Source of the DNA: Octopus bimaculoides
Lineage: Eukaryota
DNA length: 43,355 bases
Direction of reading: 5' to 3'
NCBI RefSeq assembly: GCF_001194135.2
Contig: NC_068988.1
Span: forward strand, 78,712,983 to 78,756,337
Program-made: the position numbers and the translations under genes
The notes under the pieces: model-generated
What the model saw: the letters and a program-made list of their open reading frames with translations, nothing else
What the model was told of the DNA's origin: nothing
Databases searched by the model: none
In this document: positions 1 through 14,680 of the stretch, in pieces
Layout of the letters: each line of letters opens with the position of its first letter
Position numbering within the stretch: the first letter of the stretch is position 1

Positions 1-76
1 CTCTCCCTCTCTCTCTCTCTCTCCCTCTCCCTCTCCCCCCTCTCTCTCTCTCTGTATATGTATATGTATATAGATG

Positions 77-135
77 CATGCATGACTGTGATAAGGAGAT
101 TGTTTCCTAACCACATATGTGGCACCTTGGAGATA
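77..135 (+). mobile_element. Degenerate, internally deleted head of tRNA-derived SINE family A
   Basis: ttgtttcctaaccacat...gtggcaccttgg resembles the head of the copy at 38219-38280 (ttgcttaccaacaacatgg...gtggcatcttggg). Confidence 0.45.
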
Positions 136-353
136 AGTTATAATTTGGAAGAATGAAGCTAATAAAACTTATAACGCTCCCCATTTTGCCCTCGCAATAT
201 CTTTCACCACTCAAAATGTGTGGCCTTGTTAAGTGTTTTAGAATCTCAAATGATTTTACTTACGTTAAATTTCTATGATAAGAGTTTGAGTCAATGGCAT
301 ACAATATAAGTGTTTGTTTATTTTGATTTCATTCGTTGTTACCAACATATGTA

Positions 354-477
<124 letters not shown>

Positions 478-1924
478 GGTGTGTGCTGGTTTAGTCGTAT
501 TCTACCCTTGCACCAGTTTTACTGTGGTGATGGACTATGGTTAGGAGGCACTGCTACATCATTCAATTTTATACTTAATGAGTTGGGGCGAATAGGTTCC
601 TATATTTTTATGGCCTCTGTACTCTGTCTTAATGCTATTTCTTTTTAAATATTCAGAAAAAAAGTTTTCAATATTTTTATCAATCCATTGTATTTCAGTA
701 CGGTGTGTTGACAAAACATAGATGTCTGCTTCTTTCCATTGTATTCAAGCCAGTGTTCTAGAAATATTTCATTTCTCATACAGAGATTGTTTTGGTGACA
801 TTATGTTTCTGTGCATATGAGTTTCACTTAGTTTGTCAAAACCATTAAAAATGGTCTGTTGCTTTTTTTTATTGTTTTGATTTAAAATTTTGCGCCATTT
901 AGCGCTTTTCCAAATTTATGGGCCTGTTTGCATCAGGGAATTTGAATCTCTCATATTTGTTTTCTCATCTGGCCTTCTTTCTTTTTCTTTCCAGCCTGTT
1001 CCACAATTTGCTCTGACACATAGTCTACACTCTATAAGCACCATTGTTGATAGTTTTAGACTTTTTGTTTTTGCATTCTTATAAACTTTAATCCGATCTA
1101 GTTGGCTGTATCCGGAGAATTTCTAGCGGAGAATGAAATGCTGTACGAGCTTTATCATTTTACCTCATATGAAATGTATTGCTACTGACCACCAGATTCT
1201 CCAAAGCTCTGCTTTATTAACAAATGCAAAAGTAAATATCTTGATGCAGTGTGTGAGTGTAAGCAGACATAATTGCATACGCACGTACACATTCAGACAC
1301 GTTCACACGTGTACGCGTGTGCACACGTACTCTCGCACCCATTTCTGTTACTGGTTTAGACTGCTTGGATTAATCAATCTAAAGGGAAATTTTTCGAAAC
1401 TCTATTTGTATGGCTTCTAATTTATAAGAAAGAATACGTTATACTGTTGGCCAGAGAACTTCTCTGGAGAGACATTGAGGAATATGTCTCCCTCATATAT
1501 CACAATACTTCGGCATCTTTAGTTTATCTGTACGAACAATCATTTCTAACAGCCATGAATCGTTACTCCCAATTTCACTCTTCTCTGTCATTATCAAGTG
1601 CTTTGAGGGAAACAAATTCTGTTTCACCTTAGCATTACACCAAACTTTCTGAGAGTGAAACCAACTGTAGGTCCACTCACTCGGGTCGACCTCGTTACAT
1701 CAGCCCCCTTTCAACATATATACTAGGGGTTGAGAAAGAGCATCGGCTTCTCAACCATCACTTTTTCAAATGGAATTTAGAAAGTCGACGAAAGAGTAAA
1801 GGGTCCATCTCCAGTCCTTCGGTGTCCTTCACCAGAAAAAGACACTTTCGTCTCAGTTACCAGACAGAGGAAAACTGCCGACCAAAGGAAGGAAGCGAGG
1901 CGATTCTTAGGATAGACAATAACC

Positions 1925-2165
1925 ATTGTTTCCAAATTTTGGCAAAAGGCCAGCAATTTTATTGGGAGTGGGGAAGTTGATACCATCAGCCCCAGTACTG
2001 GACTGATATTTCAATTTTATCGACCCCCAAAATAACGGTTTCAAATTTTGGTACAAAGCTAGCAATTTCGGGTTAAGGGTTAAGTCGATCACATCGACCT
2101 CGGTGTTCAACTGGTACTTATTCTCTCGACCCCGAAAGAATGAAAGGCAAAATTGACAGCAGTGA
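1925..2165 (-). mobile_element. Two tandem partial copies of SINE family B
   Basis: Reverse complement contains ttttgcctttcattctttcggggtcgagagaataagtaccagttgaacac...ccaaaatttgaa, matching the + copy at 29905-30100. Confidence 0.8.
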
Positions 2166-2175
2166 AATTTAACAA

Positions 2176-2179
2176 CGAA

Positions 2180-2235
<56 letters not shown>

Positions 2236-2512
2236 CAATGATGATGATGAGGAGGAGGAGGAGAAAAATTATATTAGTTATAAATAAAATGAATGAAGAA
2301 GTAGACTGTCATAGCTGGATTATAATCAACTACAAGAACCACCAGCAGCAACAGTAACAGCAACAACAACAGCAGCAGCAGCAGCAGCAGGAATAATACG
2401 AAGCAAAACATTTCCTGTCAATGTCGTGGGGCGGTAATTGTATTTATTTATTTATTTATTTATTTATTTATTATAGTTATTATAGTTATTGTCGTTGTTG
2501 TTGTCGTTATTA

Positions 2513-2595
<83 letters not shown>

Positions 2596-2600
2596 TCTTT
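2176..2600. repeat. Compound trinucleotide/tetranucleotide microsatellites (GAC/GAT/GAG, CAG/CAA, TTTA, TTG/TTA/TAG)
   Basis: Direct reading. Confidence 0.95.
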
Positions 2601-2949
2601 TTTTTCCTTTCTTCTTTTTAGTTAGGTGGGATGTAAAAGATGTTTGAGAGATACGTGGAAAATTATAGGCCGTAATGAACGTTTTTCCTTTTTTTAGCTT
2701 ACTGGCCCCGAGGGTGTAAAGAGATGTGGGAGACAAATGAACAAGGGTTAGGGGCATAGAAGCTGGCAAACAGAGAGATAATCTGAGAAGTGAGCTCTGC
2801 GGTGAAATTGAACGGGGGGTGTAAATGGGAGGAATTAACGATTGGGAGAGAAAATTAGGGCTGAAGAGAGGACGGAGGGGTGGGAGAGAGACAGAGAGAC
2901 TTGTAGGAGAGCTGATGAATGGGGAAAAATAACAAAGAAAGTGGACGAC

Positions 2950-3109
2950 GAAAGAGAGAGAGAGAGAGAGAGACAGAGAGAGAGAGAGAGTGGGGGGAAA
3001 GCGAAAGGGAAAGTATAAATGAACGGGAATATACGTTTGTGTATGCGTGTGTGTGTGTGTGTATGTGTGTGGGTGTGTGTGTGTGTATATACATATATAT
3101 ATGCACGTA

Positions 3110-3158
<49 letters not shown>

Positions 3159-3345
3159 TCAGATGCGTGTATATGAATATATATATATACACATATATGT
3201 ATGCATATTCATATATATATAAATACATACATACATACGTGTATATGTACATACATGCATACGTATATTCATGTGTTTTGTGACACAATTAAACACACAC
3301 ATACACATATATGCATGTATGTATGTATGTATGTATGTATGTATG

Positions 3346-3400
<55 letters not shown>

Positions 3401-4030
3401 ATATCTATGTATGTATGAACGTACGTGTGTGCGTATGTGTCTATATATATATAATTTATGCATNNNNNNNNNNNNNNNNNNNNNNNNNNNNNNNNNNNNN
3501 NNNNNNNNNNNNNNNNNNNNNNNNNNNNNNNNNNNNNNNNNNNNNNNNNNNNNNNNNNNNGGTGGTAGTAGTGGTGGTGGCGGCGGCGGTAGCGGTGGTG
3601 GTAGCGGTGGTGGTAGTGGTGGTGGTGGTCTTTATGGGTGTTATGATGGTGAGCGCTATTGATGTTAGGGGTGCAAAAATTATCATTACGTGTCGTCGAT
3701 GATAAGTAGTAGTGATAGTAGTAGTAGAAGTAGTAGTTGTTGTTGTTTTTGTTGGTGTTGTTAAAAAAGGAGAAGGGAGTGTAATGGTAGGTGGGATGAG
3801 GTAAGAGTTTGTTAAGACGAGTGGGTGTAGGAGGAATCAAAGTGAAGTGTAATTGGTGAAATAATAGAGAGAATGTGTTAGATAAGGGATGATAAAATAA
3901 ATAAAGCCAAGTGTGAAACGGGAAGAGGAGAATAAGGAAAAAGTCGAAACAACAAAAGGAAAATGAATAGCTAATAAAAAAAATAACAACAATAACAACA
4001 GCAGCAGCAGCAACAACAACAACAAGGACA

Positions 4031-4097
<67 letters not shown>

Positions 4098-4213
4098 TAA
4101 TAATAATAATAATAATGATAATAATAATGATAATAATGATAATAATAATGATAATAATGATAATAATAATGATAATAACAATAATGATAATAATACTGAT
4201 AATAATAATAATG

Positions 4214-4259
<46 letters not shown>

Positions 4260-4270
4260 TAATAATAATG

Positions 4271-4331
<61 letters not shown>

Positions 4332-4931
4332 TAATAATAATGATAATAATAATGATAATAATAATAATAATAATAGTAATAATAATAATGATAATAATAA
4401 NNNNNNNNNNNNNNNNNNNNNNNNNNNNNNNNNNNNNNNNNNNNNNNNNNNNNNNNNNNNNNNNNNNNNNNNNNNNNNNNNNNNNNNNNNNNNNNNNNNN
4501 NNNNNNNNNNNNNNNNNNNNNNNNNNNNNNNNNNNNNNNNNNNNNNNNNNNNNNNNNNNNNNNNNNNNNNNNNNNNNNNNNNNNNNNNNNNNNNNNNNNN
4601 NNNNNNNNNNNNNNNNNNNNNNNNNNNNNNNNNNNNNNNNNNNNNNNNNNNNNNNNNNNNNNNNNNNNNNNNNNNNNNNNNNNNNNNNNNNNNNNNNNNN
4701 NNNNNNNNNNNNNNNNNNNNNNNNNNNNNNNNNNNNNNNNNNNNNNNNNNNNNNNNNNNNNNNNNNNNNNNNNNNNNNNNNNNNNNNNNNNNNNNNNNNN
4801 NNNNNNNNNNNNNNNNNNNNNNNNNNNNNNNNNNNNNNNNNNNNNNNNNNNNNNNNNNNNNNNNNNNNNNNNNNNNNNNNNNNNNNNNNNNNNNNNNNNN
4901 NNNNNNNNNNNNNNNNNNNNNNNNNNNNNNN

Positions 4932-4963
<32 letters not shown>

Positions 4964-5350
4964 GGAGAGTGTGTGTGTGTGTGTGTGTGTTTGTGGAGAC
5001 ATTGTCTTTATGCATATGTGATTATGCGTGTGTGGAAAGTGCCTTGTGTTTATGCGTGTTTGAGTTTGTTAGTGCCAGGGAGTGTGTGGAGATGTTTATG
5101 TGTGATGCATGGGGAAATGCGTAAAATCAGGGAGAGAGTTAGAGAGGGAGAGAGAAGGGAGAGAGAGAGAACACAAAGAACAAGCGAGTGAGATATAGAG
5201 AGATGAAGAGAGCGAGGCAGTAACATGGATGTGGGCGTAGAGAGAGAGCAAGCGAGTGAGGTAAAGAGAAAGCGAGTGAGGTAGAGAGAGAGAGACAGAG
5301 AGACAGAAAAAGAGAAAGAGAAAGAGAGAGAGTGTGTGTGTGTGTACATG
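2950..5350. repeat. Microsatellite-rich block ((GA)n, (GT)n, (TA)n, (TATG)n, (TATC)n, (GGT)n, long (AAT/GAT)n) with N-gaps at 3464-3560 and 4401-4931
   Basis: Direct reading; it explains the poly-I/L/Y/X ORFs. Confidence 0.95.
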
Positions 5351-5709
5351 TGTGTGATGGAGGAACTGTCAGCAAGGCTTGGATATGGAGGAACACAGAA
5401 GTTGGTGAACAAGAGAAATGTGAGAGATACGGCGTATAGAGAGGAATGTATAGAGCAGAGGGAAAGCAAAGTCAGACACAGCAAAAACAGCAAAAGCAGC
5501 AAAAAATAATAAATAAAATCTAGAGGGGCTGGAATATAGAAATAAAACGAGTAGGCAGGGAAAAATGACTGCACGCTTTGTAAATCCCAAACGTTTTCAG
5601 TGGAAACATATGTGAAACAAATAAAATAAAAATTTACCACAAACCAAAGATACACGTGCAAGTATGCGGTGTAAATGTATGTTGCGTGTGTGCATAAGTG
5701 AGTGTATGT

Positions 5710-5764
<55 letters not shown>

Positions 5765-6012
5765 TGAAGTCCAAATGACTAACGCTTTGAAATGTCAATA
5801 TGAAAGTTGCAATCTCCGTGAACAGATATGACAGGTCACGCCAGCACCGTGCTGTCTCTTAGAATAATTATGCACCTAGTATAAGGAGGCATTTCAATGC
5901 ATTATTTAACGGGCCATAATACATCACCTACCAATAAAAGCATTATGAAGACATGCCCCACTCTAATATTTCAGCGCATTCCACGACTGAATACGCGGGC
6001 GCGCACACATAT

Positions 6013-6048
<36 letters not shown>

Positions 6049-6552
6049 TTCCAGATATACACGCACACATACACACATATTCACACACATATGCACATCT
6101 GTATTATTCTATGACATACAATAACTGATAACCGTAAATGTAAATATGTCATATATAATAAGTATGATTTACGTGAGAGAGTGTGTGTGCTCGCGCGCGC
6201 GTCTGACTGTATGTATGTATGTATGTCATGTTTCTATATTTGGATAACTTCGTAATAAGATCGCGTGATTGAGTTGTGCGAAAATTGCACTTGGTCAATT
6301 CTACATACCAGTTATTAACACTGGTATATAATAACCGACTCACTACACAACTGATGCTTATCTTATCATCTTCCTGCAAAGTTAATAATACAAAATCGAT
6401 CACATTTGAATTCGAGGCAACAAAAAGCATTTTAAATTGTCAGTGGCGATTGCACCAGCTACCATCCTTTAATGATGATGAAGATGAAGCTGATGACAAC
6501 AAGAACAAGAACAACAATTATAATTCTTATCCTTATTGTTGTGGTTGATCTT

Positions 6553-6632
<80 letters not shown>

Positions 6633-6807
6633 GACTCAAGAGATACAAAAGCATAAACTTTCACTGGTAGTTACCACGGAAGTACGAAAGAAACATTTCC
6701 ACATAAGAAAGGGAGAGACGTCATACACATACACAAACACATACATTTTTTCGTACATGTGTGTTTGTGTACTTATATGTATGTATGGGTCTCTCTCTTT
6801 CTCTCTG

Positions 6808-8213
<1,406 letters not shown>

Positions 8214-8216
8214 ATG

Positions 8217-9434
8217 TACAGAGTCCACCAAAAAATGTATACACACTTCAGCAAAGGAAAAATCTGTATAAATATTTTAATACTAAATTTATTCAGGCAC
8301 CACGAAATTTATACAAGTTACCAAGTTACAAGAGATGCTCAAAATGTTGGTCATTAGTATCCAGACATTTATGTGTACGGCAAACTACAGCTTTGGCAAC
8401 GTTAGGGAAAGTGTTCAATGGGATTGCTGCACCCGCATTTTCAATTTCCAGTCTTATCACCGCTAATATAGTCGGTTTTCTGCGATACACAACATCCTTT
8501 AGAGTCCCCCATAGGTAAAAGTCTGAGCGTTTGATGTCAGGGGAATGCAAGAGGAACTCGACTGTAGCACTTTTTCCTAGCCAGTGTCCTTACAAATTCC
8601 CATTGAGATAAGCTCGTACGTTTTGGTGGTAGTGGGTAGTGTTCTGTTTTGTTGCGAACAAAATTCATTTACATAAAGTTCATGAATGGCTGATAAAATA
8701 GATGTGCGTAGCATGTCTAAGTATGCCTGATCAGTAATAGTACTTTCAAAGAAAAATAGTCCTATTAAACCTCTAGATGACACACCACACCAGACGTTGA
8801 CATCCGGTAAATTAACTGCTTTGCCCACATACGATTGAAGATTTTCTAATGACCACTAAACATAACTATGTTGGTTCACTGTTCCATTTAGTTTAAATTG
8901 TAGTTCGTCAGACCACACAATCTTTCTCATCAGCGCTTCATCCTCGCCTACCATGTGTTGAAACCACTCACAAAACTGGATTCTTCGATCCGGATCGTCT
9001 TCATCTATTGCATGCAATAATTTTGGGATGTAAACTTGCCACTTAGCTCTTTTAAGAATCCGCCTTTAGTTTACATGGATTATTCCTATTTCACGTGCAC
9101 ATTGTGTCGTAGACTTCTGTAGCGAATGTATGAACTATTCTAACGCCATAGCTGAGGAGCAGCACTTGTTGTACGAGGTCTGCCGGATTTTCCTTTATGC
9201 ACATCACACACGGAACCATGAGCTTCGTACTTATCTGTAGAATTGTCAAACGTGTTAAAAGTGTTGCAAACTCACAGCTCCACTAACTCTGGACTTCAAC
9301 GACGTTCTCAAATTTGAAATACCGCTTTAAAATAATCTTACTTTCCTGAAACGACAATAATACGCCCTCCATTTCAAACAAACTGTAAAAAAAAAAACTA
9401 AAATATAAACGAGCAAACTTGAATAGACTTGTAT
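8217..9434 (-). mobile_element. Decayed Tc1/mariner transposon, DUF4817-HTH type
   Basis: MEGVLLSFQESKIILKRYFKFENVVEVQ (ATG ~9372), GKSGRPRT, IVWSDE, VNVWCGVSSRGLIG.FFF, HSPDIKRSDFYLWGTLKDVVY...HFEHLL. One end begins tacagagtcc; the other TIR is not clearly seen. Confidence 0.9.
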
Positions 9435-10639
9435 GTAATGAACCCCTCACGCACACACACAAGCACACACACACGAAAATAAACATATACACATACACAC
9501 TCACACGCACACACACACACGCACAGACGCGCACACGCATGCACACATATTTATATACATGCATGCGTCTATGCACAGAATTGGAAATGTACAATAACAC
9601 ACACAATAATTAAAATGAGATAATTAAAAGGAAATAAAACGCTAAAAAATGCAGGTTAGGTTGAGTTAGGCACTGACCGATCTTATTTGCTCATTTAGGG
9701 AACGACTGCAACCGAATGCACCTTTGAGCATTTTTGCGGTGTTTGGTGTTGACACTCTCTTGAGAGTATTCTTTTTAAGTTCAGTGTAATGTCTTAGCTT
9801 AAATTTGACCAATAGCCTAACACTTGCATGTCATTTATAATCTCAACCTAATTGTAGTTGTGTCATCATAACTTATTGAAATGTCCGGGAATTTACAGAT
9901 CTGTAATCATGTCAACTGTTTATTTGATTTTCTGAGAATGATGAAGCTAATTACATATTTGTTAGCTTCATTTTCTTCGTTATTTTTCTTAGGTGGGACT
10001 TTGTTTTCATTCACAAAACATTGTTCAAACTCACCTATTTTTGTTGTATGTGAGTCTTTTTCAGAGATGTTTTCCTCTTTACTCTTTTCATATTTCCATC
10101 AACCGTTAGTAAATGCTCAGTTATATTTATTATTTCATCCTCATCACACGATGAAGGTGCGGTACTATAGGGTGGTGTTTGCTCCTTACCTGAACATAAA
10201 GGTATTTCACTTGTTATCACCAGAATTCTGACAGGTGGTGTTCTGCCAACTGAGATTTGCTGTACTCTTTCCTGTTTTCTTCATTCTCTTTTTCTTTTCT
10301 TTTTTTGGTCTTAGACTTTCCATTTCTTTTGTTCTAATTTGGAGCTTTCTCCTACTAACGTAGCAGCAAGGCGTTCTACCTCATGTCATTAATTCATGCT
10401 GAGTCGGTATCTTCTACTAGACACAGTTTTAGTTTGGCTCTATGATTTTCATGCTTTTTTGATATATTTACTAGGCGCAAATTTCGGCCGGTGTTTTCGC
10501 TGCGTCTTCAGTTTTAATGTTATATCAGATAGTGTCATGGCATTTGCTTTTATCAAAGGAGAGAATTTCTTTCGGTATGGGGTTTTGAGATGGAAAATTT
10601 ATGACGAGAAGGAGAAGCATGGTAGAACCTTATTTCTTG

Positions 10640-11830
10640 CAGATGGTAACTTTCATGCGTGAGATGACAAGACAGTGATCGGTTCAACAGTTATCTTCAC
10701 AGAGATGATACAGACATCTTTTCTATTTCTTCGGTGGATAATGGTATAGTCAGGAAGGTGCCACCGCTTTGGTTGAGAATGCATCCAAGTGGTCTTCAAG
10801 CGATCGGGAAGTCGGAACTTTGTGTTCATGATGCGTAGCTCATGTTTCGAACTCTGACCCAGTAGTAGAAGATCACCCACGTTGCAGTTCCCAATACCTT
10901 CTCTGCCAATTACATTCCCCGCAAAAAGGCGAACGTTTTCAACTCAGACGTTAGAATACCCGAATCGTAGGAGCTTATCATTAGATGGAACATTAAGGGT
11001 GGTGTCGGAAAGTTGCTGGTAAAACTCCCTTTTGACATCACCGTTGATGTCAATAGCCGAAGCATAAACGGAAATGATGATGATGAAATTGTCTTTTGCG
11101 ACTCGTACCCGAAGAGTCATCAGTCGCACATTAACGGCAGTTTGAGTTAGTTGATGGTCGCACACGATTCTATATTTGACAGCAAACCCAACACCGCGTG
11201 TCCTTCTCTCTCCCCCTGATTTTTTCGCTTCCCCAAATAGGTATCTCCAGCACTTACCTCTTCAAGCTTTCCTTCATCTGAAAGTCGTGTTTAACTCGTT
11301 GCAGCAACATCGACGTTGAAGCTGGCGAATTCTTTAGAAACAAGTGCAGTTCGTCTTTCGGGTCTGTCGGGGTTGCCAGTGTCCAAAAGAGTCCTTACGT
11401 TCCAAGTCTCTAAGATCAGTTTCACTTTGACTTTAAAGTTTCGGCTGTTTCCAGATTTGGTGTTATGAACGCATAAAAGGTGGCCCCACTGGGTGGAGCT
11501 ACCTGGTCAGTTTCTAAAAGTGACTTCCAATGTCCAGCCGTTCTTTTGTTGGTCCTTCCTCGTTTGGAGTGGGCAGCGGTAGTCTTGAAAAGATCTGTCC
11601 AGACACAAGTGTAGGACCAGAATCCCAAGTTGTCACCGGGTCTTGGGAAGGTGACCGTCACTCACCTGCTGTTGAGGAGTTGCTGGTTGATGGGGGAGAG
11701 TCAGGCTGTAACTCACCCTCGACTGATGTCTTTAATTCTCCGCATGCGGACATACTCAAAAAGAAGAGTCGCTTTAGTCGGCAACAAGCCGATCATGTCG
11801 TGGGTGGGTAGGAGTACATGTTAATCGTTT
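10640..11830 (-). mobile_element. RTE-clade LINE 5' end (5' UTR plus APE endonuclease), 3'-truncated pseudogene
   Basis: TWNVRTLLD..RPERRTALV, RLMTLR...IISVYAS...EFYQQL...DKLL, NTKFRLPDRLKTTWMHSQPKRWHLPDY are typical RTE endonuclease motifs. Confidence 0.92.
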
Positions 11831-11869
11831 CTCGATCCACACAGAGTCAGCCCAGAGCCAATATACATA

Positions 11870-12100
11870 TATCTATTATCCTTTACTTGTTTCAATCATT
11901 TGACTGTGACCAAGCTGGGGCATCACCTTGAAAGGTTTTACACTAACAAATCGACGCCAAGAATTGTTTTTTAAAGTATAATACTTATATTCTGCTCTTT
12001 TACTGAACTGCTAAGCTACGAGAATGTAAACACACAAACACCGGTTGTCAAGCAGTGGCAGGGGACAAACACAGACACAAACACACGCACGCGTGCACAT
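11870..12100 (-). mobile_element. SINE family A, 3' half
   Basis: cttgtttcaatcatttgactg..gctggggcatcaccttgaa...ctgctaagctac..taaacac..caccggttgtcaagc is the reverse complement of the 3' half of the 38219-38613 copy. Confidence 0.85.
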
Positions 12101-12401
12101 ACACACCTATGCATACTTCCTTACATATATACAAGTATTCATACAAACTTGTGTGTATATACGTTTATATAACATATGTACATCTATACGTATAAATGTG
12201 TATATGTATATGCATACACACACTAGGACACACATACAGACACATACACATATACATATATATAAATATATACATATTTGTATGCAGGAATATGTATATG
12301 TGTGTGTATACATACATGCATCTATAAAAAGATACACACATAATTATTTATATACATATATGGATAATGTAGTATATGGTTGTAGATATACATTGAAAAC
12401 G

Positions 12402-13665
12402 TCCGAGGTGGTACCTAAAAGTAACCAGAAGCATTTACTGTGGGACAAGTCCATTGTAGTTCAGGTTTCCACCGCTAGAAACCACATGATGCTAGGTTCA
12501 GGCATCAATCTGCTGACTGGCCTCGTCGTCTGCAGTGGTACTACCACGTATTGTGTCTTTGTTTGGCAGTGCTTCTCCTCTGTTCGTCGATTTTTGCAAT
12601 GGCTGAAAGGAAGGGACAATGTACGTCCATGAAATTCTGTTTTCTGCAGGGTAAAATGGCGGCCGAAACAGCTGTAATGCTTCAAACAGATTATAAGGAC
12701 GTTGGTATGAGGAAAACACAAGTTTTAGAGTGATTGTCAAGTTTTAGGAATGGTCACTTGGCGCTTGAAGATCAACCTCGACTAGGGCAACCGTCGACCT
12801 CCCGAAGGAACGAAAACATCATGAAAATTCATGAACTGATCTTGGAGGACCATCACCAAACAATTGACAAACTTGTTGATATGACTGTACCAACAAATTT
12901 TGAGCGAGCAATTACAAATGAAGAGTTGCAGCAAAATCTGTGCTTCGCTTGCTCACGAAAGATCAAAAGTAGTGACGACTAAATGCGTGTTCTGAACTGA
13001 AAAAGCAGTTGGAAGTTGATCCGAACCTTTTTTCGAAGGTCATTACTGATGATGAAAAGGTGGTGCTACGACTACGACCTGCAAACGAAGCAGCAATTAA
13101 GTCAACGGAAGTATTCAATGTCACCATGCTCCCCAGAAGTGCGTCAAGTGATGTCCGATATCAAGACGATGCTGGTTTGTTTTATCGATGCGAAAGGAAT
13201 TGTCCGCACAGAATTTGTTCCTCCTGGTCAGTTTGTTAACCAGACATTTTACTTTGACAGTTCTGAAGCGTTTGCAAGACACAGTGAGACGAAAACGCCC
13301 GACTAGTGGCAAAGGAGTGAGTAGTGGTTTCATCACGATAATGCGCATTGAGTTTTGACCTCGCTTACCTACCATCGCTATTGACCCGATCTTGTTCCAT
13401 GCAACTCTTTTTCTTGTTTCCCTGAATGAAAAAAGTCCTTAAAGGACAAGATTTTGCAGATGTGGAGGGAAAAACCAACGGAGGCGTTAAAATACATCAC
13501 TACGCAAGAGTTCCAGGACTACTTCGAACGGTGGAAAAACACTCCTGGGCCGAGGCATTGGTTCAAATGGAAAATACTTTGAAGGCGATAAAAGTGTAAA
13601 CATGCAACACTAACTAAATAAAATGAAATTGCAAAATTCCGGTTTCTTTTGGGTACCCCAACGTA
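12402..13665 (+). mobile_element. Near full-length decayed mariner transposon
   Basis: TIRs tccgaggtggtacctaaaagtaaccag and ccggtttcttttgggtaccccaacgta. Remnants include KFCFLQGKMAAET, LEDQPRLGQPST, VITDDEKW, KTMLVCFIDAKGIV.TEFVPPGQ.VNQ and HHDNAH. Confidence 0.93.
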
Positions 13666-13944
13666 TGTATGTGCAATAGATACATACACAGAGCCACAAT
13701 TCGTGTATACACACAGTCAGAAATATATGCATAAATACAATATTTTTAGAATATTTATTATTGTCATATAACACAATGTTATCATTTCCAAAAAATTACT
13801 TTAAGACTTCCTCTCACTTTTCAAAACAGAATGTTTTTAGAAATGCGCGACATCCATCCATCCATCCATACATCCATACATACATACATACATACATGCA
13901 TACATACATGCGTACGTACATACATGCATACATACATACGTGGA

Positions 13945-14283
13945 GGCGCAATGGCCCAGCGGTTAGGGCAGCAGACTCGCGGTCGTAGGAGCGCGGTTTC
14001 GATTCTAAGACCGGGCGTTGTGAGTGTTTATTGAGTGAAAACACCTAAAGCTCCACGAGGCTCCGACGGGGTAGTGGCGAACCCTGCTGCACTCTTTCGT
14101 CACAACTTTCTATCACTCTTTCTTCTCGTTTCTCTTATACCTGTATTTCAAAGGGCCAGCCTGTGTCCCGCTAAATATCCCCCTCTGTGGAGTGCTCAGG
14201 CACTTGCTCGTTAATTCCACGAGCAGGTTCTTCCGTTGATCGGATCAACTGGAACCCTCTTCGTCGTAACCGACGGAGTGTCA
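13945..14283 (+). mobile_element. Full-length tRNA(Arg)-like SINE (similar to octopus OR-type SINEs) inserted in a (CATA)n tract
   Basis: Pol III A box TGGCCCAGCGG, B box GTTTCGATTCT, and anticodon-arm-like GACTCGCGGTC. (CATA)n on both sides. Confidence 0.85.
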
Positions 14284-14301
14284 CGTACATACATACATAC
14301 A

Positions 14302-14335
<34 letters not shown>

Positions 14336-14644
14336 CATAAACTGACACACAACATATTCTCACATTTTTTTCTTCTTTACTAGAGCAAATTAAACAACGT
14401 AACTCATTATTTCTTTCCACAGAAATTATCACCATAAACGCTGATCCGTACGACAATAATGAAATTGCTGTCGTTCTTGGCGGGCATCAGCGGAGGCGGT
14501 GGTGGGTTTTGCAGTGGCGGTCTTGGTACTTGTGTTGGTGATGGTGCTTCTGTTGGCGGTTGTTATCTCGTCATTGCTGCTGTTGTTCGTGGTTGTTCTC
14601 AAGGTCGTGCTTGTTGTTATGGCGAAACTTTAGAGCTGGGCTAG

Positions 14645-14680
14645 TATTCCTAACTGTGTTAATATTCCTAACTGTGTTAA
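14645..14680. repeat. Perfect 18-bp tandem duplication tattcctaactgtgttaa
   Basis: Direct reading. Confidence 0.9.

Noticed and set aside
600-1090. Minus-strand purine-rich frames suggesting a LINE remnant
   Set aside because: No diagnostic motif could be identified
1645-1675. CTGAGA-gt-GAAAC-caact-GTA, and a similar trace near 24985-25025 (-)
   Set aside because: Core is incomplete and there is no convincing stem I
13945-14015. tRNA-like sequence
   Set aside because: Acceptor stem is not intact and it continues into a SINE body, so it is not a tRNA gene
14459-14644. Gly/Cys-rich 61-aa ORF
   Set aside because: Arises from a degenerate GGT/TGT trinucleotide tract; no real signal peptide
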